From contig PXUB01000003.1 in assembly GCA_003009755.1 (NCBI GenBank), forward strand, positions 1 through 64,000: a DNA stretch of 64,000 nucleotides. Direction: 5' to 3'. This DNA is from Thermoplasmatales archaeon SW_10_69_26 (lineage in GTDB: Archaea; Thermoplasmatota; SW-10-69-26). The notes beneath the pieces were generated by a model that saw only the letters and a program-made list of their open reading frames with translations, ran no database searches and was not told the DNA's origin. A program made the position numbers and the translations under genes. Below, one piece after another: positions 58,379 to 64,000 of this stretch (position 1 is its first letter; each line of letters starts with the position of its first letter).

Positions 58379-58945
58379 TCAGGCGCGCCCGGTGCGGCGC
58401 TCCCACTCCTCGCGCAGCAGGCCGAAGAAGATCTTGTCCATCCAGTCGCCTTGGCGGCGGGTGTGCCAACGCAACCGGCCTTCCTCGTGGAACCCGTAGC
58501 GTTTGAACAGGTCGATGCTGGCCTTGTTACCCTCGAGCACGACGCCGTAAAGCTTGGTCAGGTCCAGGCGGTCGAAGGCGATCTCGAGCAACAGGTCGAA
58601 GGCCTCGAAGGCCACGCCCTCGCCCCACATCTCGCGGCCGAGCCAGATCCCGATCTCGGCGTTGTGGGATTCCAGGTCGACGTCGGAGAGGGCAGCCATG
58701 CCGACGAGGCGATCGGCCTCGATCGTGGCGATCGCCAGGTGGAAGGACTTGCCCACGCGGGCCTCCTCCTCGGCGAGCGCGATGAAGCGGGCCCCGTGCT
58801 CGCGCGAGTAGGGGTGTGGGAGGTCGGTCCAGCGGGCGATCGCTTCGTCGTCGGCGGCGTCGACCAGGTCCTCCAGGTCCCCGTCCTGGACGGGGCGTAG
58901 GCGGACCCGCTCGCCTTCGCGCCGCAGAGCCTTGGCCTGGACCAC
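58379..58945 (-). CDS. GNAT acetyltransferase (RimJ/RimL-like)
   Basis: VRLRP, AEIGIWL..WGEG and N.ASI...GFHEEG.LR. Confidence 0.9.
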   Translation of the reverse strand: MVQAKALRREGERVRLRPVQDGDLEDLVDAADDEAIARWTDLPHPYSREHGARFIALAEEEARVGKSFHLAIATIEADRLVGMAALSDVDLESHNAEIGIWLGREMWGEGVAFEAFDLLLEIAFDRLDLTKLYGVVLEGNKASIDLFKRYGFHEEGRLRWHTRRQGDWMDKIFFGLLREEWERRTGRA

Positions 58946-59441
58946 ATCGATGCTGGAGGTCTCCTCCGCCTAAAGGCACGGGGCTTTTCCCACCGCGGGA
59001 GCCCCGTTCTCGGGTTCCGCCGGTCAACGGCGGGCCGCCCGATCTCGTCCGCGATGGTGAACTGTGAGCAGTCACCCAGCTGGGACAGGCAGCCGCGCTG
59101 GACGGGGACCGTCGGTGGTCAGCTGGCGGTAGAGGACGGTCGGTCGGCCGTGTCGGCGCCCGTGAGGCCGCCCGCATAGAGGTTCCCGCTTCACCGTGTC
59201 GGGCGCGTTGCCCGCGTTGTGGTGCCACCCGTCCGGATCCTCGTCGGTGCCGTCGACGGCGAACCCGAGGCGTCCCTCCTCGGCCGCGGTCACGGCGGTG
59301 AAGAGGACTGAGGTGAGATCCTCGGGCTCCAAGCCGATCGCGGAGAAGAGGAAGGAGAACCCCCTGGCGGGGGGCCAGGGGGAGAGGGGGCGGACCCCAG
59401 CACGTCAGCGGATAGACGCAGACCGCCGGCGGGTGGCCGGT

Positions 59442-59783
59442 CTAGACGGAGGCGCCGTCCTCGATCGGGAACAGGGGACAGTCGGGTCCGCACTGGAAGG
59501 GTCCGTTGTTCAGCTCGAACTCGCAGTCGCCCTCGTGCTCGAGCAGGGTGTTCGTGTCGGCCAGGTCCTGGCAGGCCTGCTCGTCGTGGACGATCACGGA
59601 GGGGCAGCCGTCCGAGCCGTCGACGGTGACGTAGCGGCCCTCCTCGTGGAAGAGGTAGACCTGCGTGCAGTTGTCGGGCTGCTTGCCGGGGATCTCGGTC
59701 TCCGCGCCGGCGAGGGGGGCGGTCAGCGCGGAAGCCAGCAGGCCAAGCGTCGCGATCGCGAGGATGGTGGTTCGTAGGTTCAC
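59442..59783 (-). CDS. Small secreted Cys-rich protein (6 Cys)
   Basis: GTG start and leader NLRTTILAIATLGLLASALTAPLAGA. Confidence 0.75.
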   Translation of the reverse strand: MNLRTTILAIATLGLLASALTAPLAGAETEIPGKQPDNCTQVYLFHEEGRYVTVDGSDGCPSVIVHDEQACQDLADTNTLLEHEGDCEFELNNGPFQCGPDCPLFPIEDGASV

Positions 59784-59966
59784 GGGAACACCGCCCACGC
59801 CAAATCCAGGCCAAGGCAAATCTCTTGCGGTGCCGACGCAGCGAGGATCGCTCTCCCGCGGAACGTTCCCACGATGGGTCGAAGCCTCGGACGCGGGATC
59901 GAGGCTAGCCGTCAGGGGTGAAGAGGGAGAGGGAGCGGACCGGTCGCGTCCGGCCCGCCGGGCCGA

Positions 59967-60269
59967 TCACTTCTCGATCGGGGTCGAGGAGGCCTCGGAG
60001 TCGATCACCGGGCAGGTACAAACGGGGTTGCAGGGGATGGTGGTGACGAGCTGGCAGGGGTCCGTCTCGATCGCGCAGGCGATGAACATCGGCGTCGCGT
60101 CTGTGCACGTCTCGTTGACCTCGTCCTCGATCGCCTCGCGGCAGTCGTCGGTGTCGTCGTGGACGTTCTGGGGCTCGCAGGTCGCCTCGCTGGCGCTCGC
60201 GGTGGCGGTGAACGCGGTCGCGAAGAGGCCGAGCGCGGCGACGGCCAGCAGCGTGGTTCGAAGCTTCAC
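59967..60269 (-). CDS. Small secreted Cys-rich protein (8 Cys)
   Basis: Leader KLRTTLLAVAALGLFATAFTATASA. Confidence 0.8.
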   Translation of the reverse strand: MKLRTTLLAVAALGLFATAFTATASASEATCEPQNVHDDTDDCREAIEDEVNETCTDATPMFIACAIETDPCQLVTTIPCNPVCTCPVIDSEASSTPIEK

Positions 60270-60333
60270 GTCGATCACTCGGCGGGCCAGGCCGGCTGGG
60301 CCCGATAGTCGTTGCGGATCCCGCTCGGTGCGC

Positions 60334-60822
60334 TCACGTCGATGCCCTCGTGGGCGAGGCCGCCTCGCCCGCGCGATGCTCCTCGAAGACGGCGACCGCG
60401 TCCGAGAAGACCTCGGTGAACATCTGCTTCCAGTTCGGGATCATGACGCGCTGGGCGAGCTTGCCTGGGAGGTGATCGTAGCTGATCGTCGAGCGGATCT
60501 CCAGGTGGGCGCCCGTCTCCGTGGCGGTCACCTCGTAGCGGTCGACGATCTCGAACCCGGGCCCGGGGACGACGAACCGCCACCGTCCGGGCCCCTCGTC
60601 GTGGAGGGTCTCCTCGAGCGTGAACGTGAGCCCCATCGGTCCCCGCCACTCGGTCTCGTAGACCGCGCCGTCCTCGGTCGTGGCGAGCCGCTCGATCCGA
60701 TGCGGCTGCTCGCGGGGGTCCTCGGCCTCGTACACCTCCGGAAGGTCGGTCCACCACTGCTCCAGGCGCTCGGGCGAGGCGGCGACGTCGAAGCCGAGGA
60801 CGAGCTCTTCGGGTTCCACCAT
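60334..60822 (-). CDS. SRPBCC/START-like protein
   Basis: WWTDL motif, a beta-rich core and a C-terminal helix. Confidence 0.65.
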   Translation of the reverse strand: MVEPEELVLGFDVAASPERLEQWWTDLPEVYEAEDPREQPHRIERLATTEDGAVYETEWRGPMGLTFTLEETLHDEGPGRWRFVVPGPGFEIVDRYEVTATETGAHLEIRSTISYDHLPGKLAQRVMIPNWKQMFTEVFSDAVAVFEEHRAGEAASPTRAST

Positions 60823-60953
60823 CGCCACACCGACGGGACGGTGCGGGGGATGATAGAGCTTGGCCCGGACGTTGACGGCCAGCTCCGCTCGCTTGGCGGA
60901 GGGTGAACGGAAAACAGAGCGCGGGGGCGGCCCCCGCTCGGTGGGACGACGGC

Positions 60954-61223
60954 TTACAGGAACCGGGGGTGCGGGTCGCAGGTGCAGGTGCAGAACAGGC
61001 GAAACTCCTCGCAGGGGTGGAACTCCGGCGAGCAGTCCACGCTGTATTTGAGGACGGTCTCCTCGCAGACGAGGGCCCGAACGTCGTCCTCGTCGGGCAG
61101 GTCTTCCTCGTCGGGCAGGTTGTCCTCGTCGGGGAGGTCGTGGTTGGCGCTGGCGGAGGGGGCAAACGCGGTCGCAAACAGGCCTACGGCGGCGAAGGCG
61201 AGAACGATCGTTCGGGGGTTCAT
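60954..61223 (-). CDS. Small secreted Cys-rich protein (6 Cys, three LPDE repeats)
   Basis: Leader MNPRTIVLAFAAVGLFATAFAPSASA. Confidence 0.8.
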   Translation of the reverse strand: MNPRTIVLAFAAVGLFATAFAPSASANHDLPDEDNLPDEEDLPDEDDVRALVCEETVLKYSVDCSPEFHPCEEFRLFCTCTCDPHPRFL

Positions 61224-61310
61224 CCAAACACCGACGGATCAACGCCGGTCGAGGCGAAAAGGCTTGCGAAGCCCGCCGCGGCCTCGGCCCGCTGGGGTGA
61301 CGTGCCGGTC

Positions 61311-61574
61311 TCACTGCTCGAGGACCTGCTCGAGCAGCTCGCGCTGGGTCTCGATCTGCTCCTGCATCTGCTCCATCTGCTGGAGCGCCTGCGTGAGCCG
61401 CTGTTGGCTCTCGACCGCCTCCTCGAGCTCGGGTCCCGTGTCCTTCAGGAACTCGCGGATCGCCCGACGCACGACGGCGGTCCGGCTGGGGTACTCGCCG
61501 GCCTCGACCAGCGCGTCCATGAACTCCACGTCCCGGACCGGGATCCGGGTCGTGATCCGCTGGGTGTCGGGCAT
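61311..61574 (-). CDS. Second copy of the CdrS-like RHH-coiled-coil protein
   Basis: 73 of 85 aligned residues are identical to 1099-1365 (hand count). Confidence 0.9.
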   Translation of the reverse strand: MPDTQRITTRIPVRDVEFMDALVEAGEYPSRTAVVRRAIREFLKDTGPELEEAVESQQRLTQALQQMEQMQEQIETQRELLEQVLEQ

Positions 61575-61959
61575 GGGAGCCGGACCCATGCTTTGGTCGG
61601 CTGGCCCCAAATACGTTCGGGTGCTAGGCGAGGTCCCCGCCGCGCCGGGCCCCGAGCGTCCATCGACGGTAGGCATCGCCGGAGGCCACGATCGGGTGTA
61701 GACCTTCGACGGGATCGGGCGTCCCCGGCGCCTGCCGGTCGACGAACGCCACCCCTGCCACCAGCCCCAGACCGACGGCCAGGCCAGCGACCGGCTCCCA
61801 CCCCGCGAGCTCGGGTCGCTCCCGTCACCGGAAAGCGTCGTTGTAGAAGGCCCACTGGGCCGCGAGACCGCCCCTCGGTCCCGAGCTTGGGGGTGGTTGA
61901 TCAGGGAGGAAAGAGGGAAGGAGGGGCCAGCTGGCCCCGGGTCGGTCGACGGTGGGGGC

Positions 61960-62328
61960 TCAGTCCTGGCCGGGCTTGGGCGGGCAGTGGCTTTGCGGGC
62001 AGGGCTCGAAGGGACCGTGGTCCTCGCAGAACGTGAGCGCGACCCCGAACTCCCCGGTGTCGCAGGCGTTCTGCGGATCGTCGAGGACGCCGTTCACGTA
62101 CTCGCAGTACGTGGATGGGACGTGGATCCCGTCGGGGTCGAGCTCGCAGGGCACGTCGGCCGGGGGATCCTGGGTCTGGTCGTCGACGTTGCACTGGATG
62201 CCGTTGGGTTCACCGTGCGGGTACACGGCGCAATCGACCGGGCCCGGCTGGGCGGCCACGGCGGGAGCGAGCCCAGTGGCGAACAGACCGGTAGCCGCGA
62301 TCGCGAGAAGCGTGGTCTCGAGATCCAT
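61960..62328 (-). CDS. Small secreted Cys-rich protein (8 Cys)
   Basis: Leader MDLETTLLAIAATGLFATGLAPAVAA. Confidence 0.8.
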   Translation of the reverse strand: MDLETTLLAIAATGLFATGLAPAVAAQPGPVDCAVYPHGEPNGIQCNVDDQTQDPPADVPCELDPDGIHVPSTYCEYVNGVLDDPQNACDTGEFGVALTFCEDHGPFEPCPQSHCPPKPGQD

Positions 62329-62531
62329 GAGATACCATCGCGAGCAGTCCCGCTGACCGGCAAAAGCGTTACGCATCACCGGCACCACGGTGCCGAGCGG
62401 GGCGTCTCGTGGACCGTCCACGGCCCCTTCGATGCCGTTGGGTTCACCGTCGGCAGCCATCCCAGTCGACAGGGCCATGCTGGTCGGCCTCGGCGGGAGC
62501 GAGCCCGGTGACGCGGCATCGAGCCCGAGGA

Positions 62532-62559
62532 TTGACAACATATCGCCGTCTCATGTTAA
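62532..62559. promoter_or_regulatory. Putative NikR-type operator TTGACA-N16-TGTTAA
   Basis: An imperfect 6-16-6 inverted repeat directly upstream of the nikR-like start. A related AT-rich inverted repeat lies at 62951-62983, before the ZnuA-like gene. Confidence 0.5.
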
Positions 62560-62562
62560 GAC

Positions 62563-62949
62563 GTGCGCGTCATCAGCGTCTCCCTGCCCGAGGACACCGT
62601 GGACGAGCTCGACCGGCGAGCCGACCAAGACGGATACAGCGGCCGCAGCGAGCTCGTGCGCGCGGCACTGGGGCCCTTCCTCGATCAGGCTCGAGGCGAG
62701 GAGGCACGCGAGGGACCGGCCACGGCCACGCTGGTCCTCGCCTACGACGAGGAGATCAGCGATCTCGTGAATCGGCGCCGCCACGATCACGCCGAACCGA
62801 TCACGACCATGGTCCACGGGCACACCGATGATCATCGGTGCCTGGAGGTCCTCGTCCTCGAGGGGGGAAGCGACGAGATCCGGTCGTTGGCGAACGACCT
62901 GCGGGGCCGCCCGGGGATGAACCAGGTCGAGCTGACGTGGCTCGACTGA
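62563..62949 (+). CDS. NikR-family metal-responsive regulator
   Basis: RHH ISVSLP..GYSGRSELVR plus an ACT-like domain with HGH...CLEV. Confidence 0.88.
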   Translation: MRVISVSLPEDTVDELDRRADQDGYSGRSELVRAALGPFLDQARGEEAREGPATATLVLAYDEEISDLVNRRRHDHAEPITTMVHGHTDDHRCLEVLVLEGGSDEIRSLANDLRGRPGMNQVELTWLD

Positions 62950-63020
62950 CTGTTGATAGTAAAACAGGCCTTCACAGTTAACAGGAGGAAACTAATAACG
63001 GGAGGGGGGTGGCAGGCGTG

Positions 63021-64000
63021 ATGACGCGCCGATTGCTCCCCCTGCTCGCCGCGACGCTGCTCGCCACCGCCGGTTGCGTCGGCCCCCTGACCGACACCGG
63101 CGATAGCCCCGATGTCCTCGTCACCCACTACCCCATCGAGTTCCTCGCCTCCGAGATCGCCGGCGACGATGTCGACGTCGACGCCTTCGTCGAGGGGGGC
63201 CAGCCCCACGACTTCAACCCAGGCTTCGAGGACAGGTCCGCCCTCGAGGACGCGAGCCTGGTCGTGTACCAGGGCGCCGGCTTCTCGCCCGGCGTCGAGG
63301 GGATGCTGGCCAGCGCCGGCGAGGACGGGCCGCCCTCGCTTGCCCTCGTCGACACCGTCGACACGATCGTTCACGAGGACGAGCACCGTCACGAGGCTGA
63401 GGAAAACCATTCCAACCACGAGGACCGCGACGGTGGCGACCAGGACGAGCACCACGAGAGCGAGCACGAGCGCGAGCACGACGAGCACGCGGAGGGTCGC
63501 GAGGACCCGCACACCTGGCTGGACCCCGTGCGCATGACCCAGCACGCCGAGGCGATCCGCGACGCGATGCAGGAGGCCTTCCCCGAGCACGAGGAGGCCT
63601 TCGCGAACCGGACCGCCGACCTCGTCGACGACCTCGAGGCCCTCCACGGGGACTTCGAGGCCGGCCTCGCGACCTGCGAGGTCCGGACCGCCGTCGTCAA
63701 CCACAACGCTTTCGCTTACCTCGGAGACCGCTATAACATCACCTTCGAGGCCGCCCACGGGCTCTCGCCCGACACGGAGCCCTCGGCCGAGACGATCGAC
63801 CGCCTCGCGGAGATCGTCGACCACCACAACCTCACGACCGTGTTCTTCGAGGAGTTCGTCAGCCCGGAGGTCGTCGAGACGATCGCCGACGAGACCGGCG
63901 CCGACACCGAGGTCCTCTCGCCCCTCGCGGCGCTCACCGACGAGCAGCGCGCCGACGGCGAGACCTACCTCACCCGCATGCGAGCCAATCTCCACGCGCT
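63021..64000 (+). CDS. ZnuA-like metal ABC transporter substrate-binding lipoprotein (runs off the window; absent from the ORF track)
   Basis: MTRR leader with lipobox TAGC, QPHDFNP, a His/Glu-rich loop, DPHTWLDP and HNAFAYL. Confidence 0.92.
   Translation, partial: MTRRLLPLLAATLLATAGCVGPLTDTGDSPDVLVTHYPIEFLASEIAGDDVDVDAFVEGGQPHDFNPGFEDRSALEDASLVVYQGAGFSPGVEGMLASAGEDGPPSLALVDTVDTIVHEDEHRHEAEENHSNHEDRDGGDQDEHHESEHEREHDEHAEGREDPHTWLDPVRMTQHAEAIRDAMQEAFPEHEEAFANRTADLVDDLEALHGDFEAGLATCEVRTAVVNHNAFAYLGDRYNITFEAAHGLSPDTEPSAETIDRLAEIVDHHNLTTVFFEEFVSPEVVETIADETGADTEVLSPLAALTDEQRADGETYLTRMRANLHA

Noticed and set aside
59072-59332. 86-aa ORF as a real gene
   Set aside because: The N-terminal half looks protein-like but the rest is low-quality. 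It is probably a fragment and cannot be assigned.
61600-61860. Membrane protein gene upstream of the second RHH copy
   Set aside because: There is only a short hydrophobic stretch with an in-frame stop and no clear start; at best a remnant.
59442-62328. RiPP biosynthetic cluster
   Set aside because: The leaders are hydrophobic Sec-type, and no radical SAM, YcaO, lanthionine synthetase or peptidase-transporter gene is nearby.

Overview
This is GC-rich archaeal chromosomal DNA with an acidic, halophile-type proteome. Archaeal markers include aIF-1A, type II GAPDH, a split GMP synthase subunit A, TrmI, FtsZ2, and TATA-like promoters with GGAGG ribosome-binding sites. A halophilic Thermoplasmatota-like lineage is my inference, not something the sequence proves. 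The window holds tRNA-Gly(TCC), a cdrS-like RHH-ftsZ2 pair, a signalling cluster (PAS kinase, three receivers, two small RHH proteins, TrmB), korAB, scattered tyrosine catabolism genes (hppD, hmgA, FAH family), aconitase, gap, tpiA, guaAA, NAD kinase, many secreted proteins, two toxin-antitoxin pairs and a nikR-like/ZnuA-like locus that runs off the right end. The strongest unexplained signals are four. (1) About 15 GTMTGACR boxes, many at 13-bp spacing, lie directly upstream of the coiled-coil-extended RHH gene and ftsZ2, resembling a centromere/adaptor/tubulin-family module; a near-identical second RHH copy lies 60 kb away. (2) Two unrelated TA cassettes each sit between a metabolic gene and a diverged ~165-nt copy of that gene's own 3' end, with no integrase nearby. 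(3) Four small secreted Cys-rich proteins share a leader and an upstream motif but have divergent mature parts. (4) Several highly structured palindromic or tandem intergenic elements are present. All calls come from reading the sequence by eye; no database searches were run.
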